A stretch of 64,000 bases of DNA from Vicinamibacteria bacterium (GCA_965199715.1 OZ241322.1:864001-928000), one strand, 5' to 3'. Positions 40,688 to 50,348 are shown, counted from the first letter of the stretch. A program made the numbers and translations. The notes: generated by a model not told the origin, from the letters alone.

Positions 40688-42508
40688 GTGATCCGAGGAA
40701 CCCTGCCGGCCGTCGCGTTCGCCGCGTCGCTCGCCGGCGCGCAGCCGGGGCCGGACCGGATGATCGAGCCGGACGCGCGCCTCGAACTGGGGTCCGCGCT
40801 CGCGCTGCCGCGCACGCTCGACTACGACGTCTCGCCCGACGGCCGGCGGGCGGTGCTGTCGGTCGCGCTGCGCGATCGGGCGCTCCTGTTCCTGACCGCG
40901 CCGGGCGCCGCGCCGGGCCGGCTCACCGACGGCCGCCGCTGGGACACGCAGCCCCGCTTCCTGCCGGACGGGAGCGGCGTGGTGTTCGTGGCCGGGCGGC
41001 GGCCGCGCGGGACGGATCCCGAGACCGGCGCGCTCCACCGGCTCGCGCTCGGGGGCGCGCCGGAGCGGCTCACGCCCGAGGGACTCGAGGCGCGCGATCC
41101 GGCGGTCGCTCCGGACGGCGGGCGGATCGCGTTCCTCGGGCGCGAGGGGGACGGCGGGTTCGACCTGTGGATCGCGGAAGACGGCGAGACCCGCCGTCTG
41201 GCCGAAGACGCGGGGCCGCCGGTCTGGTCTCCCGACGGAACGCGGATCGCCGCGACGATCGGGGGCGCGCTCGCGGTGGTGCCGCTCGACGGTCCGCCGG
41301 TCCTTCTCGGCTCCGGGGCCCGGGGACGGGCGTCGTGGAGCGCCGACGGGAGCGGCCTCGCGTGGGCGGGCCCCCACGAGGGCTTCGAAGCGATTCTCTG
41401 GCGAGACGCCGAGGCGGCGGGGCCGGTCGCGCCGCTGGTCGCAGAGGATCGGGACCTCGGCCAGCCCGCCTTCCGGCCCGGCGGCGGCGAGCTCGCGTGG
41501 ATCGAGGCCGACCGCGGCGACTACCGGATCCAGCGGTCGCGGATCGAGCCGGGGCCGCAACTCGCCGGGCGCGTCCGGACGATGACCCGGGGCGGCGGGG
41601 TCCACGACGGGCTGCGCTGGACCGGCGACGGCGAGGCGGTCACGGCGCTGTACGAATCGGCCGCGTTTCCCCGCGACGTGTGGAAGTTCCCGCGGTCCGG
41701 CGGACGCGAGCGGATGAGCGACACGATCTTCCCCGAGCTGGACGTGCGGTCGTTCTCGCGCCCGGAGCGCGTCGGCGACGCGTTCCTCTACCGCCCGGCG
41801 GCGGAATCCGCGCCGCTGCTCGTCGTGCTCGACGGCGCGGACGGCGTGGAGGCGCGCAACGGGTTCTCGCCGCTCGTCCAACTGTTCGCCGCCGAGGGAT
41901 ACGCGGTGCTCGCGCCGACGCTTCCCGGCGCCCGGGGCCGGGGCGAGCGGTTCGCCGCCGGCAACGACCGGGACTGGGGCGGAGCGGACCTCGACGCGCT
42001 GCGCGCCGCGGTCGCGCTGGCCCGGGAGCAGCCGGGAATCGGCGAGCGGACGTGCGTCTTCGGCGTCCGCTACGGCGGGTTCCTCGCGCTCGCCGCGCTG
42101 GCGCGCCATCCGGACCTGTTCGACTGCGGGATCGAGGCGATGGGCTTCGCCGACCTTCCGGCGCTCTACCGCAGCCTCGAGCCGGAGCGGCAGGCGCTGC
42201 TGGACCGGGAGCTCGGGCCGCTGCGCGGGAACCTCGACCTCTACCGCTCGCTCTCGCTGCGGGGCGAGGGCGCTTCGGTGGAAGCCCCGCTGCTCTCCTT
42301 CCACGGCGAGGAAATGCCGGAAGCGCCGCTCGCCGGCAAGCTGGATTTCCTCGAAGAAGTGCGCCGCCCGCGCTTCCCGCTCGTGGAGCTGTACTTCCGG
42401 TTCGACCTCGGGCGGTCGGTGCTGCGCTTCGAGACCGACCGGAGCGCGCACCACGCGTTCCTCACGCGGGTGCTGGAGTTCCTGTCGCTCCACCTCCCGG
42501 TGGGCTGA
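40688..42508 (+). CDS. S9 peptidase-like protein (TolB-like propeller plus alpha/beta hydrolase) with degenerate active site
   Basis: SPDG repeats; DWGGADLD; GVRYGG at the GxSYGG position. Confidence 0.82.
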   Translation: MIRGTLPAVAFAASLAGAQPGPDRMIEPDARLELGSALALPRTLDYDVSPDGRRAVLSVALRDRALLFLTAPGAAPGRLTDGRRWDTQPRFLPDGSGVVFVAGRRPRGTDPETGALHRLALGGAPERLTPEGLEARDPAVAPDGGRIAFLGREGDGGFDLWIAEDGETRRLAEDAGPPVWSPDGTRIAATIGGALAVVPLDGPPVLLGSGARGRASWSADGSGLAWAGPHEGFEAILWRDAEAAGPVAPLVAEDRDLGQPAFRPGGGELAWIEADRGDYRIQRSRIEPGPQLAGRVRTMTRGGGVHDGLRWTGDGEAVTALYESAAFPRDVWKFPRSGGRERMSDTIFPELDVRSFSRPERVGDAFLYRPAAESAPLLVVLDGADGVEARNGFSPLVQLFAAEGYAVLAPTLPGARGRGERFAAGNDRDWGGADLDALRAAVALAREQPGIGERTCVFGVRYGGFLALAALARHPDLFDCGIEAMGFADLPALYRSLEPERQALLDRELGPLRGNLDLYRSLSLRGEGASVEAPLLSFHGEEMPEAPLAGKLDFLEEVRRPRFPLVELYFRFDLGRSVLRFETDRSAHHAFLTRVLEFLSLHLPVG

Positions 42509-42514
42509 ACCCTC

Positions 42515-43408
42515 TCAGGCCGGGATCTGGTTCGCGGCGTGGTACGAGCTGCGGACCAGCGGCCCGGCCTCGACGTGCCGAAGGCCGAAAGCGCGTCCGC
42601 GCTCGGCGAGCGCGTCGAACTCGGCGGGCGGCACGAAGCGCTCGACCGGGAGGTGCTTCCGGGTCGGCTGGAGGTACTGCCCCGCGGTCAGGACGTCCAC
42701 CCGGCGCTCGACGAGGTCGCGCATCAGCGCGTCCAGCTCCGCTTCGGTCTCGCCGAGGCCCAGCATCACGCCGGTCTTGGTGAGGACTTCGGGCGAGAGG
42801 CGCTTGGCCCGCTCCAGCAGATCCAGCGAACGCCCGTAGCGGGCGCCCGGGCGCACCCGGCGGTAGAGGCGGGGCACCGTCTCGAGGTTGTGGTTCAGGA
42901 TCTCCGGGGCCTCGTCCATGATCGCGTCGAGGGACTCGTCGCGGCCCTGGAAGTCGGGGATGAGCACCTCGATCGTGGTGTCCGGGCACCGTTCGCGCAC
43001 GGCTCGGATCGTTGCGGCGAAGACCCCCGCGCCGCCGTCCTCGAGGTCGTCCCGGTTCACCGAGGTGATGACGGTGTGCCGCAGGTTCATGATCCCGGCG
43101 GCGCGGGCCACCCGCTCCGGCTCGGCCCGGTCGAGTCCGCCCGGCAGGCCGGTGGCGACCGCGCAGAAGCCGCAGGCGCGGGTGCAGACGTCGCCGAGGA
43201 TCATGAACGTCGCGGTCCCCTGCCCCCAGCACTCGGCCATGTTGGGGCAGCGGGCCTCCTCGCAGACGGTGTGGAGGTCGTTCTCGCGCAGCAGGCGGCG
43301 CAGCCCGGACCACGTTCCGCCCGAAGGGAGCCGGACCCGGAGCCAGTCGGGACGGCGCTCCATGGGCGCCGGGTCGGCCGCGACGACCGGGAGCGGGATC
43401 GCGCTCAA
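42515..43408 (-). CDS. lipA: Lipoyl synthase
   Basis: CEEARCPNMAEC, CTRACGFC, NHNLETV, RSSY. Confidence 0.98.
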   Translation of the reverse strand: MSAIPLPVVAADPAPMERRPDWLRVRLPSGGTWSGLRRLLRENDLHTVCEEARCPNMAECWGQGTATFMILGDVCTRACGFCAVATGLPGGLDRAEPERVARAAGIMNLRHTVITSVNRDDLEDGGAGVFAATIRAVRERCPDTTIEVLIPDFQGRDESLDAIMDEAPEILNHNLETVPRLYRRVRPGARYGRSLDLLERAKRLSPEVLTKTGVMLGLGETEAELDALMRDLVERRVDVLTAGQYLQPTRKHLPVERFVPPAEFDALAERGRAFGLRHVEAGPLVRSSYHAANQIPA

Positions 43409-45597
43409 GAAACGCCCACCGGCCAGCTCTCCAGACGAGCCTTGACGCGGCTCATGAACTGGTCGGCGACCGCGCCGTCGATGAGGCGGTGGTCGAACGA
43501 CAGCGCGAGGAACGCCATGGACCGGACCGCGATCGCGTCCGATTCGACGACCACGGGCCGCTTGTGCACCCCGCCCACGCCGAGGATGGCGACTTGCGGC
43601 TGGGCGATGATCGGGGTGCCGAAGAGCGCTCCCAGCGGGCCGGGGTTCGTGATCGTGAAGGTGCCGCCCTCGAGGTCGGACGACTCGATCGCGCCCGCCC
43701 GCGCCTTGTCGGCGATCTCGCCGATCCCCCGCGCCGTGCCGACGAAGTTGCGCTCGTCGGCGCCGCGCAGCACCGGCACCACGAGGCCATCGGGAAGCGC
43801 CACCGCGATTCCGAGGTGGACCGAGGGGTGGCGCACGACGCGGTCGTCCGCGATCGAGGCGTTCAGGATCGGGAACTCGGCGAGCGCCTCCACCGCCGCG
43901 GACGCGAAGTAGGGCGTCAGCGTCAGCTTGAGGCCGTGACGCTCGGCGAACTCGGCGCGATGGGCCTCGCGGTGCGCGGCTGCCCGGGTCATGTCCACCT
44001 CGAAGACGGTCGTCACGTGCGCCGAGGTCCGCCGCGAGCGGACCATGTGCTCGGCGATGGCGCGGCGCATCGGCGTCAGCGGTTCGCCGCGGCCGCCTTC
44101 CACCGGTTGCGGCGCCGGGGGCGGCTCGGGCGCCGGGGGCGGCTCGGGCGACGGAGCGGGAACCGGAGCCGGCGCGGCCTCCACGAATTCCAGGATGTCC
44201 TGCTTGGTCACCCGGCCGCCCTCGCCCGAACCGCCGACGTCGGCGAGGTTCACGCCGTGCTCGCGGGCGATGCGGCGGACCAGCGGCGAGCTGCGCGGGC
44301 GCTTCGGCGGGGCCTCCGGCTCGGCGGGAGTCTCCTCGGCGGCGGCGGCGGCGACGGACTCGCCCTCGGCGGCGATCCGCCCCACGACGGTGTTCACCTC
44401 GACCGTCTCACCCTCGGGCACGAGGATCTCGACGAGCCGTCCCGACGCCGCGGCCGGAACCTCGGTGTCCACCTTGTCGGTGGCGATGTCGAACAGCGGG
44501 TCGTCGCGGCGGACCTCGTCGCCGACCGCGACCCGCCACTTGAGGATGGTCCCCTCGGTGATGCTCTCGCCCATCTGGGGCATGATCACGTCCGAAGGCA
44601 CCGCGGAATTGTAGCCGGAGCGGGGGCGCGGCCGGCTCGGGGTTCCGGTCGCGGCGGCGACGACCCGGGCGACCGACGGCAGGTGCGCGGCCTCCAGTTC
44701 GGCGGCGTAGGGAACCGGCGCGTCCGTCGCGGCCACCCGCCGGATCGGCCAGCCGCGCTCGGCGACCTCGGCGGCGATCTCGCCCCCGAAACCCCCGGTC
44801 CGGTTGGCCTCGTGCACCACGACCAGCCGTCCGGTGCGTTCGACCGAGTCGAGGATCGCGGGAAGATCCAGCGGGACGAGGGTCCGCAGATCCAGCACGT
44901 CGGCCTCGACGCCCGCCGCAGCCAGTTCGCGCGCGGCGGCCTCGACCAGCGGCGCCGCGCCGCCCCAGGCCGCGAGCGTGACGTCGGTCCCGGTCCGGAC
45001 GCGCCGCGCCGCCCCGAGCGGGACGACTTCGGGAGCGGCCTCCCACTCGGCTTCGGGAATCCGCAGGCCCCGGTAGAAGCGCTTGTGCTCGAGGAAGAGG
45101 ACCGGATCCTCGTCGCGGATCGCGGCGCGCAACAGCCCGGCGGCGTCCGCGACCGTCGCCGGCGCGACGACCTTGAGGCCGGGCGTATGGGCGAAGTACG
45201 CCTCCGGGTTCGCCGAGTGGAAGGGGCCCGCCCCGACCCCCGCCCCCGCCGGCCCCCGCAGCACCATCGGGACGGCGGCGCCGGTCCGATAGCGCTGCTT
45301 CGCCGCGAAGTTCGTGATGATGTTGAAGGCGCTCGCGGCGAAGTCGATGAACTGGAACTCGACCACCGGCCGGAATCCCTCGAGCGCGAGCCCGACCGCC
45401 ATCCCGGCGAACCCCTCCTCGCTGACAGGCGTGTCCATGACCCGCGCCGGGCCGAAGCGGTCGAGGAATCCCTCGGTCAAGCGGAACGCGCCGCCGTACG
45501 CGCCGACGTCCTCGCCGAGGAGCAGCACGCTCTCGTCGCCGTCCATCTCGGACCCCAGCGCCCGCCGGATGGCCTCGAGGTAGGTGACGTCAGCCAT
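43405..45597 (-). CDS. 2-oxoacid dehydrogenase E1-beta::E2 in-frame fusion
   Basis: GEDVGAYGGAF, DTPVSE, EFQFIDF, GPFHS (E1beta); MPQMGESITEG, TDKV lipoyl Lys, SSPLVRRIA, DHRLIDGA (E2); no stop between the two parts. Confidence 0.9.
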   Translation of the reverse strand: MADVTYLEAIRRALGSEMDGDESVLLLGEDVGAYGGAFRLTEGFLDRFGPARVMDTPVSEEGFAGMAVGLALEGFRPVVEFQFIDFAASAFNIITNFAAKQRYRTGAAVPMVLRGPAGAGVGAGPFHSANPEAYFAHTPGLKVVAPATVADAAGLLRAAIRDEDPVLFLEHKRFYRGLRIPEAEWEAAPEVVPLGAARRVRTGTDVTLAAWGGAAPLVEAAARELAAAGVEADVLDLRTLVPLDLPAILDSVERTGRLVVVHEANRTGGFGGEIAAEVAERGWPIRRVAATDAPVPYAAELEAAHLPSVARVVAAATGTPSRPRPRSGYNSAVPSDVIMPQMGESITEGTILKWRVAVGDEVRRDDPLFDIATDKVDTEVPAAASGRLVEILVPEGETVEVNTVVGRIAAEGESVAAAAAEETPAEPEAPPKRPRSSPLVRRIAREHGVNLADVGGSGEGGRVTKQDILEFVEAAPAPVPAPSPEPPPAPEPPPAPQPVEGGRGEPLTPMRRAIAEHMVRSRRTSAHVTTVFEVDMTRAAAHREAHRAEFAERHGLKLTLTPYFASAAVEALAEFPILNASIADDRVVRHPSVHLGIAVALPDGLVVPVLRGADERNFVGTARGIGEIADKARAGAIESSDLEGGTFTITNPGPLGALFGTPIIAQPQVAILGVGGVHKRPVVVESDAIAVRSMAFLALSFDHRLIDGAVADQFMSRVKARLESWPVGVS

Positions 45598-46228
45598 CGC
45601 GCAGGCTCCGGTCGAAGACTTCCGCGAAGCGTTCGGCGAACCGGTCCGCGAAGGCGTCCAGCGGGGTCGGGGCGCCCAGTTCGGCCTCCAGCGAGGTGAC
45701 CCGGCACGCCTCGAGGCCGCACGGGACGATCCGGTCGAACCAGCCGAGGTCGCAACCCACGTTGACCGCCACGCCGTGGCTCGTCACCCAGCGGGCCACC
45801 CGGACGCCGATCGCGGCCAGCTTGCGGTCGCCGCACCAGACCCCGGTGAGCCCCGGGCGCCGTCCGGCCTCCACCCGGTACCCGGCGAGCGAGCGGATCA
45901 CGACTTCCTCGAGGGCCCGCAGGTACGCGCGGACGTCCCGCCGCCAGCCGCGCAGGTCCAGAATTGGATACGCCACCAACTGGCCGGGGCCGTGGAAGGT
46001 CACGTCGCCGCCCCGGTCCGTCTCCACGACCTCGGCGTCGTCCGACCGGCGCAGCACGTGACGCGGATCGGCGCCGGTCCCGAGCGTGTACACCGGAGGG
46101 TGCTCGACGAGCAGCAGCACGTCGGGGATCTCGCCCCGCTGCCTTCGGGCGACGAGGCCGCGCTGGACGGCGAGCCCTTCCCGATAGGGCAGCGGCCGGC
46201 GGTCGAGGCGCCGCAGCCGCGGGGTCAC
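45590..46228 (-). CDS. lipB: Lipoyl(octanoyl) transferase
   Basis: EHPPVYTLG, DRGGDVTFHGPGQL, KLAAIG, IVPCG. Confidence 0.96.
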   Translation of the reverse strand: MTPRLRRLDRRPLPYREGLAVQRGLVARRQRGEIPDVLLLVEHPPVYTLGTGADPRHVLRRSDDAEVVETDRGGDVTFHGPGQLVAYPILDLRGWRRDVRAYLRALEEVVIRSLAGYRVEAGRRPGLTGVWCGDRKLAAIGVRVARWVTSHGVAVNVGCDLGWFDRIVPCGLEACRVTSLEAELGAPTPLDAFADRFAERFAEVFDRSLRDG

Positions 46229-47472
46229 GCGGCGACCTCGACCGCGGCGCCGAGCGCGGCGAGCTTCCGCGGAAGGTCGGCGTAGCCGCGCTCCACCGTC
46301 TCGAACGGCTCGATCCGGCTCGCTCCCGAAGCGGCGAGCGCCGCCGCCACGAGCGCCATGCCCGAACGGATGTCGCGCGCGTCGAGCCGGGTTCCGCGCA
46401 GCGCCGCCGGGCCGTTCACGATCATGCGGTGAGGGTCGCACACGAAGAGATCGGCCCCCATCGCCCGCAATTGCTCGAGCGCGAAGAGGCGCAGCTCGTA
46501 CATCCAGTCGTGCAGGAGCGTGGCCCCCGAGGCCCGGGTCGCGAGCACCGTGACGAGGCTCACCATGTCGGTCGGAAAGCCCGGCCACGGCGCGGTCACC
46601 ACCCGGCGCAGCCCCCGCAACCGACCGGGCGCCGCGAGGATGCGGTCGCTCTCGACCGAGAGCTCCATCCCCATGCGTCCCAGCACGTTCGCGATGGGTT
46701 CGAAGTCGAGCGGCCGCGCCCCGCGGATCTCGAGCGCCCCGCCGGCGACCCCGGCGAGCACGGCCCAGCTTCCCGCTTCCACCATGTCGCCGGCGAGCCG
46801 CCAGCGGGCGCCGCGCGGCCGGGCCTGGCCGGCGATCCGGATCGTGGGGGTCCCCGCGCCCCGGATCTCCACCCCCATCCGGGCGAGAAAGCCGCACAGC
46901 TCGACGACGTGCGGCTCGCAGGCGGCGTTGCGGATCTCGGACTCGCCCGACGCGCCGGCCGCCGCGAGCACGGCGGTCTCGGTCCCGGTCACCGAGGCTT
47001 CCTTCAGGTAGAACGAGGCCCCGCGCAGCCCGCCCGGCGCCTCGAGCGTCCGCCCGTCGCGCGCCGCGCCGAGCGCCTCGAGCGCAGCGAGGTGCACGTC
47101 CATCGCGCGCCGCGCCGGAAAGTCGCCCCCGGGGTCGGGCAGGACGACGCGCCCGCGCCGGGCGAGGATCGGCGCGACCAGCAGCAGCGACCCGCGCAGG
47201 CGCCCCGCCAGCGCCGGGTCGGGGCGCTCCCCGAGCGGATCCCCGGCCCGCACCCGGACCGTCGCCGTCCCGAGCCCCTCGACCTCGGCCCCGAGTTCCC
47301 GCACCATGGCGGCGAGCGCCTCGGCGTCCCGGATCGCCGGCATGTTCTCCAGTTCGCACCGCTCGCCCGTGAGCAGGCAGGCGGCGAGCAGCGGGAGCGC
47401 GGCGTTCTTGTTGCCGGCCACGGCGACCGTCCCCTCGAGGGGGCGGCCGCCCTCGACGAGGAGCGCGGTCAC
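46225..47472 (-). CDS. murA: UDP-N-acetylglucosamine 1-carboxyvinyltransferase, Asp-type
   Basis: GNKNAALP, LRGS, PGGDFPARR, SVTGTE, PGFPTD, DIRSG, ERGY. Confidence 0.95.
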   Translation of the reverse strand: MTALLVEGGRPLEGTVAVAGNKNAALPLLAACLLTGERCELENMPAIRDAEALAAMVRELGAEVEGLGTATVRVRAGDPLGERPDPALAGRLRGSLLLVAPILARRGRVVLPDPGGDFPARRAMDVHLAALEALGAARDGRTLEAPGGLRGASFYLKEASVTGTETAVLAAAGASGESEIRNAACEPHVVELCGFLARMGVEIRGAGTPTIRIAGQARPRGARWRLAGDMVEAGSWAVLAGVAGGALEIRGARPLDFEPIANVLGRMGMELSVESDRILAAPGRLRGLRRVVTAPWPGFPTDMVSLVTVLATRASGATLLHDWMYELRLFALEQLRAMGADLFVCDPHRMIVNGPAALRGTRLDARDIRSGMALVAAALAASGASRIEPFETVERGYADLPRKLAALGAAVEVAA

Positions 47473-48275
47473 CGGGAGACGTCCCCGATCTCGACGATCT
47501 CGGGTTCGAGGCGCACGTCGAACCGCGCCTCCACCGCGTCCCGGCAGCGGCCCAGAAGCTCCCGGTAGTCCGCAGCCCGCGCGCCCGGCCCGGCGACGAG
47601 GAAGTTCGCGTGGACCTCGGACACCCGCACCCCGCCGACCGACCGGCCCTTCATCCCGGCCCGGTCGAGGAGCGCCCCCGCGCCGGCCGGGAGGCCGTCG
47701 GGAACGAACGCGGGATTGCGGAACGCGCAGCCGACGCTCGGGACCTGGAGCGGCTGGGTGCGCTTGCGGAACGCGAGCGACTCCCGGGCGCGCGCCCGCA
47801 GGTCCGCCGGATCTCCCGGCCGCACCCGGAAGTCCGCCGAAAGCACCGCGCCGGCTTCGGCGCGGCGGACCGAGAGCAGCGTCTCGGAGATCTCGCGCCC
47901 GCCGAAATGGGCGTTTCCGACCACCGCGCCCCCGACGGTCCCGGGCGTGCCCGCCCACGCCTCGAGACCGCCGAGGCCGCGCTGGATCGTCCACCGGATG
48001 AGGCCGTTGAGGGTCATTCCCGCGCTGGCCCGGATCCGGCCCGGCCCGACCTCGCGGGCGCTTCCCCGGGCGAAGCGGACCACGAGGCCGCGGACCCCCC
48101 GGTCGGAGATCAGCACGTTGGACCCGCCGCCGAGGACAGTCACCGGAAGGTCCTCGCGGCGCGCGAAGGCGAGCGCGTCGAGCAGGGCCGCCTCGGTGCG
48201 GACGTCGGCGAACCAGTCGGCCGGCCCGCCCACGCCGAGGCTCGCGAGCGGCGCGAGGAGGTGGTTCCGGAGCAC
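47469..48275 (-). CDS. murB: UDP-N-acetylmuramate dehydrogenase, shortened
   Basis: VGGPAD, LGGGSNVL, GTPGTVGGA, PSVGCAFRNP, HANF, LEPE. Confidence 0.9.
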   Translation of the reverse strand: MLRNHLLAPLASLGVGGPADWFADVRTEAALLDALAFARREDLPVTVLGGGSNVLISDRGVRGLVVRFARGSAREVGPGRIRASAGMTLNGLIRWTIQRGLGGLEAWAGTPGTVGGAVVGNAHFGGREISETLLSVRRAEAGAVLSADFRVRPGDPADLRARARESLAFRKRTQPLQVPSVGCAFRNPAFVPDGLPAGAGALLDRAGMKGRSVGGVRVSEVHANFLVAGPGARAADYRELLGRCRDAVEARFDVRLEPEIVEIGDVSR

Positions 48276-48287
48276 TCCGGCGCGCCG

Positions 48288-49691
48288 TCAGGCGTGAAGC
48301 GGCTGGCCGAGCGCGGCGAGCGCCGCCTCGGCGAGCGCCTCGGAGAGCGTCGGGTGCGGGTGGATGCTGCGGGCGAGGGACTCGAGCGTGGCCTCGTGCT
48401 CCAGCGCGACCACCGCCTCGGCGATGAGGTCGGTCGCGTGCGGCCCCACGATGTGGACCCCGAGAATCTCGCCGTACCGCGCCTCGGCCACGACCTTCAC
48501 GAAGCCGGTCAGGTCGCCGAGGATGTTGGCCTTGCCGTTCGCGGCGAACGGGGACTTCCCCACGCGGAGCTCGTGGCCGGCCTCCCGGGCGGCGGCCTCG
48601 GTCAGCCCGACCGACCCCACCTCGGGGAAGCTGTAGGTGGCCGCCGGGACCCGCTCCCGCGCGATCGGCGGCCCGTCTTCGCCGGCGATGGCGCGGACGG
48701 CGGCCTCGGCCTCGGCGGACGCCAGGTGCGCGAGCTGGGCGGTCCCGACCACGTCCCCGATCGCGAACACGCCCGCGGCGGAGGTCCGCCCGAACCCGTC
48801 CACCGGAACGAAGCCGCCCCGGTCGGGAGCGATCCCGACGGAGTCGAGTCCGACGTCCTCGGTCCGGGGCGCGCGCCCGACCGCGACGAGCAGCCGGTCG
48901 TACCGGGACGAGCGGAGCTCGCCGCCGGCCGGACGCCAGCCCACCTCGACCCCGTCCCCGGCGACGGTCGCCGACTCGACCCGCGCCCCGGCGTGGAATC
49001 CGATCTTCTGCTTGCGCAACGCCTTGCCGACGACTTCGGAGACCTCCTCGTCCTCGAGCGGCAGCGCCCGGGGCAGGACCTCGAAGAGATCCACCTCGCT
49101 GCCGTAGGCGCGGAACATGGACGCGAACTCGGTCCCCACCGCCCCGGCGCCGATGATCCCGAGCCGCGCCGGACGCTCCGGCAGGCGGAACATCTCGGCG
49201 TTGGTCACGAGCCGCTCGCCGTCGATGGGAAGGAACGGGAGCGTCCGCGCCGTGGAGCCGGTGGCGAGGACGACGTGCCGGGCGGCGAGCTCCCGGACGC
49301 CGTCGGACGCGGTCACCGACACGCGCCCGGGCCCGGCGAGGCGGCCGTGTCCGGCGAACGGGACGACGCCGCCGCGCCGGAACAGCAGGTCGATCCCCCC
49401 GGCCATCTTGCGGATCACGCGGTCGGCGCGGCGGCGCAGCGCATCCCAGTCGAGCTTCGGCTCGCCGGCGTCGACGCCGTGCGCCTTCCCCTCGCGGATC
49501 GCCAGCATGAGCGCGGCGGTGTGGAGATACGCCTTGCTCGGGATGCAGCCGACGTGGAGGCAGGTGCCCCCGAAACGGCGGTCCCTTTCGACCACGGCGG
49601 TCCGAAGGCCCCGCGCCGCCGCCTTGATCGCCGCGACGTAGCCGCCCGGCCCGCTGCCGATGACGACGACGTCGAAGGACGAATCGGGCAT
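48288..49691 (-). CDS. lpdA: Dihydrolipoyl dehydrogenase (E3)
   Basis: GSGPGGY, GGTCLHVGCIPSK, HPHPTLSE. Confidence 0.97.
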   Translation of the reverse strand: MPDSSFDVVVIGSGPGGYVAAIKAAARGLRTAVVERDRRFGGTCLHVGCIPSKAYLHTAALMLAIREGKAHGVDAGEPKLDWDALRRRADRVIRKMAGGIDLLFRRGGVVPFAGHGRLAGPGRVSVTASDGVRELAARHVVLATGSTARTLPFLPIDGERLVTNAEMFRLPERPARLGIIGAGAVGTEFASMFRAYGSEVDLFEVLPRALPLEDEEVSEVVGKALRKQKIGFHAGARVESATVAGDGVEVGWRPAGGELRSSRYDRLLVAVGRAPRTEDVGLDSVGIAPDRGGFVPVDGFGRTSAAGVFAIGDVVGTAQLAHLASAEAEAAVRAIAGEDGPPIARERVPAATYSFPEVGSVGLTEAAAREAGHELRVGKSPFAANGKANILGDLTGFVKVVAEARYGEILGVHIVGPHATDLIAEAVVALEHEATLESLARSIHPHPTLSEALAEAALAALGQPLHA

Positions 49692-49784
49692 GGCGGGAGC
49701 GGGATGGTACGCCGCCGGCGCGTTCGCGGCCTATGTTAGGATAGCAGCGCCTGATTTCTGACCGGAGCCGGGGGGAGAACTGCG

Positions 49785-50348
49785 ATGTCCAATGCACCGG
49801 GTTCCGCTTCGGCGACCCGGCGCTCCGGCCGGAACGAGCCGTTCCTGGCTCGCCGGCGGGGAGCTCCCGAGGAGGCCCCCAAGCATCCGGCCGCGCCTCC
49901 CGAAGCCGAAGCGGGCGTCGTCCGGGAGCGCGGGTCGCAGGCGCCGAGCCGCGAGTCCCGCCGCGCCCGGCGGCAGCGGGAGCTGGACTCGTTCCCCATC
50001 GCCCGGGCGCTCGGGCTCCGGCTCGACTACGCCGACAACGGCGTCTCGCGCATCCACCTCCCCGCCGGCCGCCAGGACACGACCCACGGCCCGATGGAGG
50101 GAAGCGTGGCGGGCACGCTGGTCGTCGCCGCCGGGCACTTCGCGGCGGCCTCGGCCGCGCCGAACGTGGCGCTGCCGCTCGTCGAGTACAAGCTGAACCT
50201 GCTGTCGGTGGTGCAAGGCGAGCTCCTCGCGATCGGCGAGGTCGTCCGCAAGGGACGCACGCTCATCAGTTGCCGGATCGAGATCGTGGAGGACAACGAC
50301 CGCACGATCGCGGTGGGTCTCGCGACCTACCTCGTCCAGCACCCCTAG
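49785..50348 (+). CDS. PaaI-like hotdog-fold protein
   Basis: VEYKLNLL, GEVVRKGRT, A.GLATY; RBS GGGGGAG; disordered N-terminus. Confidence 0.75.
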   Translation: MSNAPGSASATRRSGRNEPFLARRRGAPEEAPKHPAAPPEAEAGVVRERGSQAPSRESRRARRQRELDSFPIARALGLRLDYADNGVSRIHLPAGRQDTTHGPMEGSVAGTLVVAAGHFAAASAAPNVALPLVEYKLNLLSVVQGELLAIGEVVRKGRTLISCRIEIVEDNDRTIAVGLATYLVQHP

